A stretch of 64,000 nucleotides of DNA from Eledone cirrhosa (GCA_964016885.1 OZ024742.1:155558001-155622000); one strand, 5' to 3'. Shown: positions 1-12,360, numbered from the stretch's first letter. Numbers and translations: made by a program. Notes: a model not told the origin generated them from the letters alone.

Positions 1-43
1 TAATATAATATATATATATATATATATAATATATATATATATT

Positions 44-81
<38 letters not shown>

Positions 82-83
82 AT

Positions 84-168
<85 letters not shown>

Positions 169-176
169 ATATATAT

Positions 177-219
<43 letters not shown>

Positions 220-227
220 TATATAAT

Positions 228-304
<77 letters not shown>

Positions 305-493
305 TATATAATATATATATATATATATATAATATATTATATATATATATATATATAACTATATATATAATATATATATATATAATATATATATATATAA
401 TATATATAATATAATATATATATATATATTATATATATATATAATTATATATATATATAATATAATATATAATATATAATATATATAATATAT

Positions 494-529
<36 letters not shown>

Positions 530-620
530 ATATAATATATATAATATAATATATATAATATATATATAATATATATAATATATATTATATATATATATAT
601 AATAATATATATATATAAAT

Positions 621-651
<31 letters not shown>

Positions 652-658
652 ATATTAA

Positions 659-722
<64 letters not shown>

Positions 723-815
723 TATATAGATATATATATATATAATATATAATATATATATATATAAATATATATATATATAGTAAATATTATATATATA
801 TATATATATAATATA

Positions 816-865
<50 letters not shown>

Positions 866-902
866 TATATATATATAATATATATATATATTATATATAG
901 TA

Positions 903-934
<32 letters not shown>

Positions 935-980
935 ATATATATATATATAATATATATATATATATATTATATATATATAT
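1..980. repeat. Degenerate (TA)n microsatellite
   Basis: Almost pure A/T alternation up to the gap. Confidence 0.97.
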
Positions 981-1180
981 NNNNNNNNNNNNNNNNNNNN
1001 NNNNNNNNNNNNNNNNNNNNNNNNNNNNNNNNNNNNNNNNNNNNNNNNNNNNNNNNNNNNNNNNNNNNNNNNNNNNNNNNNNNNNNNNNNNNNNNNNNNN
1101 NNNNNNNNNNNNNNNNNNNNNNNNNNNNNNNNNNNNNNNNNNNNNNNNNNNNNNNNNNNNNNNNNNNNNNNNNNNNNNNN
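981..1180. other. Assembly gap (200 N)
   Basis: Run of n characters. Confidence 1.
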
Positions 1181-3599
1181 TGTGTGTGTAGGTATGTCTT
1201 TGGTTATGGTTATTTACGGCTGTGCTCATGTTTGTACATACATACGTGCGTATAGATCTAGATGTTTGTGTTCTTCTATGGATATACATTTATTTATATA
1301 TTATTAAAATAGTATTTCGATATGTACATTTGAATATATAAAATTACAGTCCACGGGAAACGATATAAAACTTTATAGTGGAATAAAAATCGAACACATA
1401 TCTTCAGATTAAATAGCAGCCAACCACTCTCTATGTCAATATTTTCATCACATTGCTGTTATTTTTATGGATAATATTGTAGAAAAATATATGATTATAT
1501 AGTCGTGTTTGAAAATGATTTTCGTTGTTTATATCTCTAAAGTTGTAGTGAATCGAATAAAATCCAACCTTGAATGGAAACATTGTCACAAACATTACTA
1601 CACTAGTGTCCTCCGAATTCTATTGTCATTAGGATTGGCATTTGACTAATCAGAATACTCCAGCTTTATTAACAATATTAATTATATACTGCAGGATCTC
1701 TAACTGTAATGAGTAAAATTACGTTCTTCAATTACATAAAACATCCAATGATTTGTTGTATTGTTTTTAGTTTATTTTACTTAATCTAATCGAATCTATC
1801 GATTGGAGGCTTTCCAATGCAAATCTGCAAGATAAAACGTATATTCCTTGGTGTTTGCAAAGCCTTCTATATAATGCATAATTTATATATTTGTATGAAT
1901 TCAATGTTGAAGCATTCAAATAGATATATTGAGATAAATGTTGGAGAATTAAAATTAAAGTTAACACATGCCAAATGATCTGAGACGGGTTATATAGGCC
2001 TAATTACTTCTGTTTGTTACTTTAAATTCTCCAACAAACGCAATGCTCTATTGAAGTCAACAGCATAAACTTTTAAAGTTTTAACGATTAATTCTCTACC
2101 ATATATTGTTAATGGGCGGGGGATTCATTTGGAAGATTGCCACATTCTTTATATACTTTTATTTTATTCTATTTCACTAGAGAGATATTTTTTTCTATTT
2201 CGCATAATTCGAAAGCATGACTTTAAATCAGTTTTCCCAACTCCTCACATACAATACATCTATATCAACAAAACATGTTTCTCGCCAATCTTTTTTTTCT
2301 TTTTTGCAATCCAGTAAAACTGATGTTACTATTTAAACAAGAAAGCTATCGGCATGAATTCTACAACGATCACAAGCTAAATATCGATATGTAAATGACC
2401 GCATGCATATATTCAGTGAAGAAGCATTAACTGAGAAAAGCAAACAGCTATGACCTGTTGTTACGTATCCATTGTATTTAGACAAAACCCCAAAACGTTA
2501 TATTGTTAGATATAAAGTAAATTGAATAGAAGGCTGGCGGAACATCAGAAAAATTTACCCTGTAATGGAAACCAGTAAAATTCAACCATCATAGTTGGTC
2601 ACGAGTGTGCAGTGTTTGAAAATGAAACACTGCAGGCGAATAAATCAGGATCGATGAATTTAATTTGATAGAATACTTGGACAGAATCTATCTATAAACT
2701 GTTGTAGTATGTATCAAGTTATTTCACTGATATTGATCTCATGAAAGATGCCTCGACCAAATGTCTGAGAGAAATTTGACTAATTGTGTTAAGAAGAACG
2801 GTTATTATTCGTTTGCTCTATTGTATATAAATGGTTCCTTTACCCAATGCATAGATAGCGTGAGCATGTTATGGAATGTAGTGTGAATAATTTGAATAGT
2901 AAGAAATATCCCTATTTAATTTTAAAGTCCTACAATATGTATATATATATATGCGCATGTGTGTGAGTGTGCGCGTGCAAGTGTGTGTGAGTGTGTGCGT
3001 ATGTGTGTGTCAGGTTAGCCTTCTGCCTGCGACTGGTGATATGTAGCGTAGTACAACTGCTTCCCAATCACGTGGTAAGCAACTAAACTGGTTCTCCCAA
3101 GAGACAAAGGTTTGGCGGGCTATATAAGTGGTAATATGGCTGCACAAAAAATAAGACCTGTTAACGAGCGAATTATTTCGGAATAAAGGGACATCCTTCC
3201 CAACTAGGGGTTAAATCACCTCACCAACCTGCAATTGAACAAGCGTGGTCAGTTGGGTTACGCCCCTGAAGAGGTTAACCTCTAAGGCAATAAAACATTT
3301 TCTTCGAAACTTTCCTGTTATCTGGCCATTAATTGTCACTGGACACATAGCTGCGGGGATCATGGAGGTGGTATGTGTGTAGCACAAGCACATAGCATTG
3401 AAATCTGTATGTGCAGATATTTCTTCACGGGTCACATGGTGACGGATGAGTGGCAACCTGTGTAGACTCAACGGGTCACAATTTACACGTGAGTGGATCG
3501 AATCTTATCCTAAATTCGCTGCAGTGTCAACTTGAACAGCAACATGGTTTGCTGGAGTATTGTGACTGTGAGCAGCCTGGTTTTGATGCGTACTGCGCA

Positions 3600-4500
3600 C
3601 ACAAACTTCATGGGAATTATCTAGAAATGGTGATCTAGCGAATATCTCTTATTTCATCAAACTGGCCAGCAGCCTTGGATTGGTGTTGTTTCTTAATAGC
3701 AGTGAAAAACCAAGAGATATTTTGACAAAATGTACAGAGTAAGTGTCAGCACCAGCAAGTGTTCCAGTAATAAGATTACCAGGCGGATGTGTCCTTTGGA
3801 GAAACAATGTCAAACAGGGGCAAACTGAACATGATCTTCTCAGCTCACCAGATGCAGGAAAAATGTTTGGAACATTCAGTGGTTTGTACCAATTTTTGTT
3901 GTCCACAACTGAGATTTGAACCCTTGAATATGGATGGAATGTGGACCACCTTTTTACCGAAGTATCATGCCATTCGGATCGTGTGAAAATATTCAAATCA
4001 CTTAATCGAGGTATAAAAATAGACTTAATTTCAATGCTTCTCTCTCTGAATCCATAACTATCGATAACGTAGTTAAGCAAGGGGACGTATCTGTGAACTA
4101 ACCTCTGTTCTCTTTCTGCTTATTCTATGAACCCCACATATGCTTTTCAAAATGTCAATGTCAGTGTGTATCAGCATTTCATGATCAGGATTAAATTGAC
4201 ACACTTTAGAGCTAAATCAAAGACTTTCTAATCTGTTATCCGAGAGTTACTCTATGTTGCAGAACTTATTACTCATACCCAGCAGAACATCCAGGCAATC
4301 ATGGAACTATTTTCAGGCTTATCAGCAAAACATTACACCGAGCCCAACATCATTGTTCAATGGCAGAGGTTGAAAGTTGTTGATACATTTTTAGTTCTTT
4401 CTCCGTTAAACTCCGAAGTCGAACTAAGGGTCCATGAAACCAGCAAAACATTCGGTAGGTTGGGGCGCGAGTCAGGTCGAATAGAACCCTCTCGATTGAC
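3600..4500 (+). pseudogene. Decayed RTE-clade non-LTR retrotransposon RT fragments
   Basis: Peptides RGKLNMIFSAHQMQEKCLEH (cf. RTE RGTxDMIFxARQxQEKCxE) and EPNIIVQWQRLKVVDTF...EVELRVHETSKTFGRL (RTE thumb region); many stops and frameshifts; ends approximate. Confidence 0.7.
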
Positions 4501-4584
4501 ACTATGATAAACGTCACTCCATCTTGTGTCCTGACTACTCTATTGTACTCTTCTGAGACTTCTGAGACTTCTCAGTAACAGGAC

Positions 4585-4635
4585 TTCTGTCCTACGCCAT
4601 TTTGTTTCAGAGAAACAAAATGGCGTAGGACAGAA
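4585..4635. repeat. Perfect 24-bp hairpin with 3-nt loop
   Basis: ttctgtcctacgccattttgtttc-aga-gaaacaaaatggcgtaggacagaa. Confidence 0.95.
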
Positions 4636-4672
4636 CAAAGGAGAGGCACAAAAACAAAGAAAAGAATCCCCA

Positions 4673-4920
4673 GTCACTGAAGAGGTCGCATAATGTGTGA
4701 CGAAATAACTTTTACAATATATATAAACAACTATCTGGTTGTGATACCAACCAACCAATCAACCAGAAATTTATAAATTCCTAAATTTATAAGTTTATTA
4801 TAATAAATTGAAGTGAAAGCATGGTGCGTGTGTGTCTTATTGGCAACATGACCCTCCCAAAGTATAACAATATCGGTTTCAACACACGTTTTCAGATAAA
4901 GAATCTTGCTAAACAAATTC
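4673..4920 (+). mobile_element. PLE pLTR-like terminal fragment with decayed HHR (4673-4715)
   Basis: gtca-CTGAAGA-ggtcgca..tgtgac-GAAA; the 3' part ATGACCCTCCCAAAGTATAACAA recurs inverted at 28437-28605 and in related form at 40900-41470. Confidence 0.55.
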
Positions 4921-4927
4921 AAAACCG

Positions 4928-4967
<40 letters not shown>

Positions 4968-5003
4968 CGCATCCACGTATATATATATATATATATATTT
5001 CGT

Positions 5004-5080
<77 letters not shown>

Positions 5081-5116
5081 CGTATACATGTATATATATA
5101 TATATATATATTTCGT

Positions 5117-5159
<43 letters not shown>

Positions 5160-5277
5160 TAAACGGAATAGAAACTGCTGACAAGTTGTTCACAGTTGAA
5201 AAATGGTTTAATTAGGAATAAAAGAGTATTAGTGATTATATGGGTTAGTATTCAGTTGCGGTTTTAAGTTTTTAAGT

Positions 5278-5314
5278 TTTTACCGGTTGCGCATTTCTAA
5301 ATGCTTTTCAAAAA
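5278..5314 (-). ncRNA. Minimal HHR-like motif (UUGAAAA core, GCAA variant) in Neptune 3' end
   Basis: Reverse complement of the 10313-10349 motif. Confidence 0.55.
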
Positions 5315-5621
5315 TAATTTTGAGATAGAGTGTCCGTGCTGTTTGCTCTGATCTGATTAGTTTTGGGAATTCTACCTGTTTTTATGTTAAAAAAGTGGCT
5401 CCAATTTGCAAAAATTCTTGTGGTCAAAACAATTTTGATTGGTCGGTAGAGGTCATGTGAATGTAAACAATTGATTTTGCGCCAAGACTGTTTTTATGTT
5501 AAAAAAGTGGCTCCAGCAAAAGTTCTTGTGGTCAAAACAATTTTGTTTGGTCGGTAGAGGTCATGTGAATAAAAAATTGGTTTTGCGCCAAGATTGAGAA
5601 ATGACTCTTTCACAACAAATA

Positions 5622-5653
<32 letters not shown>

Positions 5654-5733
5654 TGTGTGTGTAGTAGTAGTAGTAAGGTGTTCGATGTTGTGATAATGGT
5701 TAGCAGCGATGTGTGTCAAATGGCTATTAAGAT

Positions 5734-5783
<50 letters not shown>

Positions 5784-6157
5784 GTGTGTGTGTGTGTAGC
5801 AGAGTAATTCGTGGTGGCAGGGATGGTCAGTAAGAATGTGTCTGAAAGCAATGGGGGGTATTTTAGCATGTCAAAATATATTTTTCAGCTTTTTTCTTAT
5901 ACGGAGAAGTGTGTGTGTTTATATATAAGTCTCTTTGTATGTTGATGTACGCGTGTGTATGTGTGTGTGTATATGTGTGTGTGTCTGTGTGTGTGTGTGT
6001 GTGTGTGTGGGTGGACCAGTATTTTTTCCCCCTGGTAAAATGGTGTACATTATTCGATTTTTTCAGTAAAATCGGTTCTCTTAATAGAACATCAAAAATC
6101 TTAACAAAAAAAGGGTGTGAAATGATATTCACTATATATATATACACATACATATAT

Positions 6158-6257
<100 letters not shown>

Positions 6258-6396
6258 TGCATATATATATGCACATATATTTTTTGTGTTGCACCATAGA
6301 GTATGTGTGTTTACGTATGTCATTGTGTTTATATGTGGGTAGAGATGTGTGCTGATGTAGGTATGTATGTTGACGTGTGTATGTTGTGGGTTCGTC

Positions 6397-8340
6397 TTAG
6401 GGAGAAGTGTTTAGACGGGGTCCGTATTTGTTAATGAAGTAAGATTCCTTGCTGATGCGCTGGGTGTGGGTGGCATTATCTTTAAATTTGTAGAGGGGAA
6501 AGATTCTGAAGTTGGGATGATTTTGGGCGGCACAGGTATCAATGTGTTTACTCAGTGGTATTTTCCTGTATTCCCGTGTTTTGATTTGGGATCTATGGAC
6601 AGTCATGCGTTGGCGGAGGCTGTTTTTGGTCTGGCCTATGTATTGTTTTCGACAACCTGAACAAGTTAATACATATATTAGATTTTCCGATGCACATGTG
6701 AAATTGTGTTTTACTATAAAACGTTGTCCATCTTTGAAATAGAATTCCGAACCCTCTATTAGGTTGATGCAAATGCCACAGTTGGGTCTATCGCATTTTT
6801 TTACTGTGGGTTTCGTTGTTGTGGTTGGCAGTATTTTGGCATGTGTTAAGATGTTTTTCATTGACTTGGATTGTCTTTTGCTCTTTATGATATCGTGTGT
6901 TCGTAGAATTTGGTTCATTCTATGGTCCTTTTTCAATACAGGGATGTTCTGGAGGATGGTGTCAAAGGCCTCATTGTTGAGGGGGTTGTGTGTGGAGATG
7001 TATGGAAGAGCTTTTAGTTTTGGTTGATTTACTTTAGGGTGTCTAAGGTCCTGGGTACTGAGTTTTAGGGCACGTTGGATTCCATTGTCAATTAGTGATG
7101 CAGGGTAGTCCCTGCCTATGAGTGTGTCCTTTAGTTCTTGTAGCCGTAAGTAGCAGATGTTTTTATTGGAGACTATAGTACAGATTCTCTTGGCTAAGTT
7201 GTAGGGAATATTAATTTTAACGTGTCTAGGGTGGCAAGAGTTGAAGGGGAGATATTGCTTGGAGTCTGTGGGCTTGTAGTATATGTCTGTTTCTATTTTT
7301 TTGTTATGGATCTTAATGAGGATGTCGAGGAAGGGGAGTTGTTGATGGCTGTATTCCATCGTGAAGTTCATATTTGTGTTGAGCCCATTTATAAGGGTTT
7401 TAAATTCTTTATGTTTTTCGATGTTTTCGTGCCAAAGGATGAAGCAGTCTTCTAAATATCGCTTCCAGTTCCTTTCAACGTGTAAGTGGAGGGTGTTTCC
7501 AAATTTGTTTAGGACTTTAGTGTAGAGGGTGATTTCCAGGTATCCCATGACTAGGTTGGCATAAGTGGGGGCTGTTTTCGTTCCCATAGCGGTCCCAGAT
7601 TTCTGCCTGTAGGGTTTGTTATTGAAAACGAAGTAATTATTCTCCAAGATAAATTTGAGTCCCTCTATCACGAATTCTTTTTTGATGCGTTGTGGGAGTT
7701 TATTGTGGAAATTATCCAGCCAGAATTGGATAGCTTCTATTCCTATCTTTAGGGGGATGTTGGAGTATAGGTTGACTACATCGAACGTCACTAGTAGGGT
7801 TTGTTCAGAAAGTGGCATATTAGGGAGGTGATTGAGCATATCTAGGTCGTCCCTTATATAGCTTTTGATGTGCTTGAGGAAGGGTTTGAGAAGGGTATCA
7901 ATGAAGTTGCTAAGACGGTGCGTTTCGCAAGCGGGGCCTGCTATTATAGGTCTTAATTTGAGATCATTGGGTGAGGGGACATTGATGACTATGTCTGTGG
8001 CTTCCTTGCATGCCTTACTTATTGATTCGCTTTTATGTACTTTAGGGATACCGTAGAAAAGGCTGGATTTACTTGTGAAGTATGTGATGAAGCTGAATTT
8101 CTTGTTAGTGAGTCCTTCTTTGTATTGGTTGATTAGAGTTTTTAGGTTTCTCATAATTTTCTGTTGATTGTAGTGTTCAGCATTTTCGTAGTATGTTTCG
8201 TTTTCCAAAGTGGAGAGCGCTAAGTTGATATAGAATTCTGTCTCCATTAGGACTACTGTACTCCCTTTATCAGCCTCTTTAATTGTAATGGTTCTGTCGG
8301 TTTTTAGTCTATTTAATTCTTCCCATTCTTTCTTGTTGAA
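6397..8340 (-). CDS. PLE RT plus GIY-YIG endonuclease ORF (Neptune-type), 5'-truncated, catalytic motif altered to YLED
   Basis: IKEADKG, FYGIPKVHK, LRPII, VTFDVVNLYSNI, GTAMG, WKRYLEDCF, PFLD, YYKPTD, linker CDRPNCGIC, NLIYVLTCSGC..YIGQT; open to stop at 6397; the predicted start at 8370 lies across the junction. Confidence 0.92.
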   Translation of the reverse strand, partial: FNKKEWEELNRLKTDRTITIKEADKGSTVVLMETEFYINLALSTLENETYYENAEHYNQQKIMRNLKTLINQYKEGLTNKKFSFITYFTSKSSLFYGIPKVHKSESISKACKEATDIVINVPSPNDLKLRPIIAGPACETHRLSNFIDTLLKPFLKHIKSYIRDDLDMLNHLPNMPLSEQTLLVTFDVVNLYSNIPLKIGIEAIQFWLDNFHNKLPQRIKKEFVIEGLKFILENNYFVFNNKPYRQKSGTAMGTKTAPTYANLVMGYLEITLYTKVLNKFGNTLHLHVERNWKRYLEDCFILWHENIEKHKEFKTLINGLNTNMNFTMEYSHQQLPFLDILIKIHNKKIETDIYYKPTDSKQYLPFNSCHPRHVKINIPYNLAKRICTIVSNKNICYLRLQELKDTLIGRDYPASLIDNGIQRALKLSTQDLRHPKVNQPKLKALPYISTHNPLNNEAFDTILQNIPVLKKDHRMNQILRTHDIIKSKRQSKSMKNILTHAKILPTTTTKPTVKKCDRPNCGICINLIEGSEFYFKDGQRFIVKHNFTCASENLIYVLTCSGCRKQYIGQTKNSLRQRMTVHRSQIKTREYRKIPLSKHIDTCAAQNHPNFRIFPLYKFKDNATHTQRISKESYFINKYGPRLNTSP

Positions 8341-8341
8341 T

Positions 8342-9256
8342 ATCCATAACAAAAAAATAGAAACAGACATATACTACAAGCCCACAGACTCCAAGCAATA
8401 TCTCCCCTTCAACTCTTGCCACCCTAGACACGTTAAAATTAATATTCCCTACAACTTAGCCAAGAGAATCTGTACTATAGTCTCCAATAAAAACATTTGC
8501 TACTTACGGCTACAAGAACTAAAGGACACACTCATAGGCAGGGACTATCCTGCATCACTAATTGACAATGGAATCCAACGTGCCCTAAAACTCAGTACCC
8601 AGGACCTTAGACACCCTAAAGTAAATCAACCAAAACTAAAAGCTCTTCCATACATCTCCACACACAAGCCCCTCAACAATGAGGCCTTTGACACCATCCT
8701 CCAGTACATCCCTGTATTGAAAAAGGACCATAGAATGAACCAAATTCTACGAACACACGATATCATAAAGAGCAAAAGACAATCCAAGTCAAAGAAAAAC
8801 ATCTTAACACATGCCAAAGTACTGCCAACCACAACAACGAAACCCACAGTAAAAAAAGGCGATAGACCCAACTGTGGCATTTGCATCAACCTAATAGAGG
8901 GTTCGGAATTCTATTTCAAAGATGGACAACGTTTTATAGTAAAACACAATTTCACATGTGCATCGGAAAATCTAATATATGTATTAACTTGTTCAGGTTG
9001 TCGAGAACAATACATAGGCCAGACCAAATACAGCCTCCGCCAACACATGACTGTCCATAGATCCCAAATCAAAATACGGGAATACAGGAAAATACCACTG
9101 AGTGAACACATTGATACCTGTGCCGCCCAAAATCATCCCAACTTCAGAATCTTTCCCCTCTACAAATTTAAAGATAATGCCACCCACACCCAGCGCATCA
9201 GCAAGGAATCTTACTTCATTAACAAATACGGACCCCGTCTAAACACTTCTCCCTAA
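8342..9256 (+). pseudogene. Inverted 5'-truncated copy of the same PLE ORF (RT thumb plus GIY-YIG)
   Basis: Peptide nearly identical to the C-terminal ~300 aa of the minus ORF; linker Cys changed to Gly (KKGDRPNC). Confidence 0.92.
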
Positions 9257-9396
9257 GACGAACCCACAACATACACACGTCAACATACATACCTACATCA
9301 GCACACATCTCTACCCACATATAAACACAATGACATACGTAAACACACATGCTCTATGGTGCAACACAAAAAAATATATGTGCATATATATATGTA

Positions 9397-9492
<96 letters not shown>

Positions 9493-9936
9493 ATATATGT
9501 ATGTGTATATATACATAGTGAATATCATTTCACACCCTTTTTTTGTTAAGATTTTTGATGTTCTATTAAGAGAACCGATTTTACTGAAAAAATCGAATAA
9601 TGTACACCATTTTACCAGGGGAAAAAATACTGGTCCCCCCCCCCCCACACACACATACACACATATATACACACACACATACACACGCGTACATCAACAT
9701 ACAAAGAGACTTATATATACACACACACACTTCTCCGTATAAGACAAAAGCTGAAAAATATATTTTGACATGCTAAAATACCCCCCCATTGCTTTCAGAC
9801 ACATTCTTACTGACCATCCCTGCCACCACGAATTACTCTGCTATACACACACACACACACACACACACTTATCTTAATAGCCATATGACACACATCGCTG
9901 CTAACCATTATCACAACATCGAACACCTTACTACTA

Positions 9937-10008
<72 letters not shown>

Positions 10009-10033
10009 TTGTTGTGAAAGAGTCATTTCTCAA

Positions 10034-10250
10034 TCTTGGCGCAAAACCAATTTTTTATTCACATGACCTCTACCGACCAAACAAAATTGTTTTGACCACA
10101 AGAACTTTTGCTGGAGCCACTTTTTTAACATAAAAACAGTCTTGGCGCAAAATCAATTTTTTACATTCACATGACCTCTACCGACCAATCAAAATTGTTT
10201 TGAGCACAAGAATTTTTGCAAATTGGAGCCACTCTTTTAACATAAAAACA
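10034..10250 (+). repeat. ~106-bp tandem duplication in the Neptune 3' UTR (mirrored at ~5378-5592)
   Basis: tcttggcgcaaaa...catgacctctaccgacc...cataaaaacag occurs twice in each arm. Confidence 0.85.
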
Positions 10251-10312
10251 GATAGAATTCCCAAAACTAATCAGATCAGAGCAAACAGCACGGACACTCT
10301 ATCTCAAAATTA

Positions 10313-10349
10313 TTTTTGAAAAGCATTTAGAAATGCGCAACCGGTAAAA
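10313..10349 (+). ncRNA. Minimal HHR-like motif (UUGAAAA core, GCAA variant) in Neptune 3' end
   Basis: ttt-TTGAAAA-gcattt-ag-aaatgc-GCAA-ccgg-TA-aaa: stem II intact, palindromic ACCGGT stem III, A13 replaced by C. Confidence 0.55.
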
Positions 10350-10506
10350 ACTTAAAAACTTAAAACCACGACTGAATACTAACCCATACAATCACTAATA
10401 CTCTTTTATTCCTAATTAAACCATCTTTCAACTGTGAACAATTTGTCAGCATTTTCTATTCCGTTTACCAATATATAATAACTTGTGTGTTACACCTCTA
10501 TACTTT

Positions 10507-10579
<73 letters not shown>

Positions 10580-10648
10580 TATGAAGAGAGAAGAAACATT
10601 TAGATATAATTAGTAATAAAATGTATCATACCTAAACTGCTCCTAAAT

Positions 10649-10736
10649 TCCTCGACTACGTAGTTTCGTGGCATAAACAAAAACAATATATCAAAGATAT
10701 AGAGTCCCTGCGAGGTCTGCCAACTTATCAAGAGGA
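10649..10736 (-). ncRNA. Type I hammerhead ribozyme, U3:A8 core, copy 1
   Basis: Minus strand: tcctc-TTGATAA-gttggca-(44 nt)-tgccac-GAAAC-tacgta-GTC-gagga; stem I tcctc/gagga, stem II with one bulge, palindromic stem III ACTACGTAGT, GUC triplet. Confidence 0.82.
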
Positions 10737-11239
10737 TACCTCATTTTACTAGTCTCAAGAACGCGTCTACACGACGTGAGAAAGAATCCCAAAAGGCGGA
10801 GGGGGAGATAGTCACGCGATATAACGGTCGAGAAACAGAGCTAAGCCTCTTATAACCACGAAGAAAATACCACGGAGGCGGAGGGGGTATTCATATCGAG
10901 GCCGTAGAAGAGGTAGTGAAGAAGGCGAGAAGTATGAGTAATGGAAGCTTTCCAGTTGTCCCCACACTTCAAAGATTGCTCGACCAGAGGGAGTTATTAA
11001 TATATTTAGAAACACACAGATACATGCGGACACACTCATATATACATGAATGCATCCGCACCCAACTGTGAGTTAAGGGTGCCGACTTCACCGATGTTGC
11101 TCAATGAATGACTGGGACAGACCAATTCAGTTTGAACCAGACTGAACCAGTATCAGAGTTAAAAATACATTATGAAGAGAGAAGAAACATTTAGATATAA
11201 TTAGTAATAAAATGTATCATACCTAAACTGCTCCTAAAT

Positions 11240-11327
11240 TCCTCGACTACGTAGTTTCGTGGCATAAACAAAAACAATATATCAAAGATATAGAGTCCCT
11301 GCGAGGTCTGCCAACTTATCAAGAGGA
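11240..11327 (-). ncRNA. Type I hammerhead ribozyme, copy 2
   Basis: Identical to 10649-10736, offset 591. Confidence 0.82.
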
Positions 11328-11830
11328 TACCTCATTTTACTAGTCTCAAGAACGCGTCTACACGACGTGAGAAAGAATCCCAAAAGGCGGAGGGGGAGAT
11401 AGTCACGCGATATAACGGTCGAGAAACAGAGCTAAGCCTCTTATAACCACGAAGAAAATACCACGGAGGCGGAGGGGGTATTCATATCGAGGCCGTAGAA
11501 GAGGTAGTGAAGAAGGCGAGAAGTATGAGTAATGGAAGCTTTCCAGTTGTCCCCACACTTCAAAGATTGCTCGACCAGAGGGAGTTATTAATATATTTAG
11601 AAACACACAGATACATGCGGACACACTCATATATACATGAATGCATCCGCACCCAACTGTGAGTTAAGGGTGCCGACTTCACCGATGTTGCTCAATGAAT
11701 GACTGGGACAGACCAATTCAGTTTGAACCAGACTGAACCAGTATCAGAGTTAAAAATACATTATGAAGAGAGAAGAAACATTTAGATATAATTAGTAATA
11801 AAATGTATCATACCTAAACTGCTCCTAAAT

Positions 11831-11918
11831 TCCTCGACTACGTAGTTTCGTGGCATAAACAAAAACAATATATCAAAGATATAGAGTCCCTGCGAGGTCT
11901 GCCAACTTATCAAGAGGA
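11831..11918 (-). ncRNA. Type I hammerhead ribozyme, copy 3
   Basis: Identical to 10649-10736, offset 1182. Confidence 0.82.
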
Positions 11919-12360
11919 TACCTCATTTTACTAGTCTCAAGAACGCGTCTACACGACGTGAGAAAGAATCCCAAAAGGCGGAGGGGGAGATAGTCACGCG
12001 ATATAACGGTCGAGAAACAGAGCTAAGCCTCTTATAACCACGAAGAAAATACCACGGAGGCGGAGGGGGTATTCATATCGAGGCCGTAGAAGAGGTAGTG
12101 AAGAAGGCGAGAAGTATGAGTAATGGAAGCTTTCCAGTTGTCCCCACACTTCAAAGATTGCTCGACCAGAGGGAGTTATTAATATATTTAGAAACACACA
12201 GATACATGCGGACACACTCATATATACATGAATGCATCCGCACCCAACTGTGAGTTAAGGGTGCCGACTTCACCGATGTTGCTCAATGAATGACTGGGAC
12301 AGACTTTATATATATATATATGTATATATACATGTATACATATACATGTTTAACTCTCTT

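Larger units (their letters stand above)
10574..12304 (-). mobile_element. 591-bp tandem array (~2.93 units), one HHR per unit; retrozyme-like or non-autonomous pLTR multimer
   Basis: Units start at 10574, 11165 and 11756; identical short ORFs recur at +591; no RT; TA-rich runs on both sides. Confidence 0.85.

Noticed and set aside
8288-8370. Predicted starts of the 657-aa and 322-aa ORFs
   Set aside because: Both read across the inversion junction at 8340/8342, so their N-termini are antisense of the other copy
10812-12221. Three identical 75-aa ORFs
   Set aside because: A consequence of the tandem repeat; no recognisable motif and no evidence of coding
10574-12304. CRISPR-like or simple satellite interpretation of the array
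   Set aside because: No unique spacers, eukaryotic context, and each unit has a ribozyme fold
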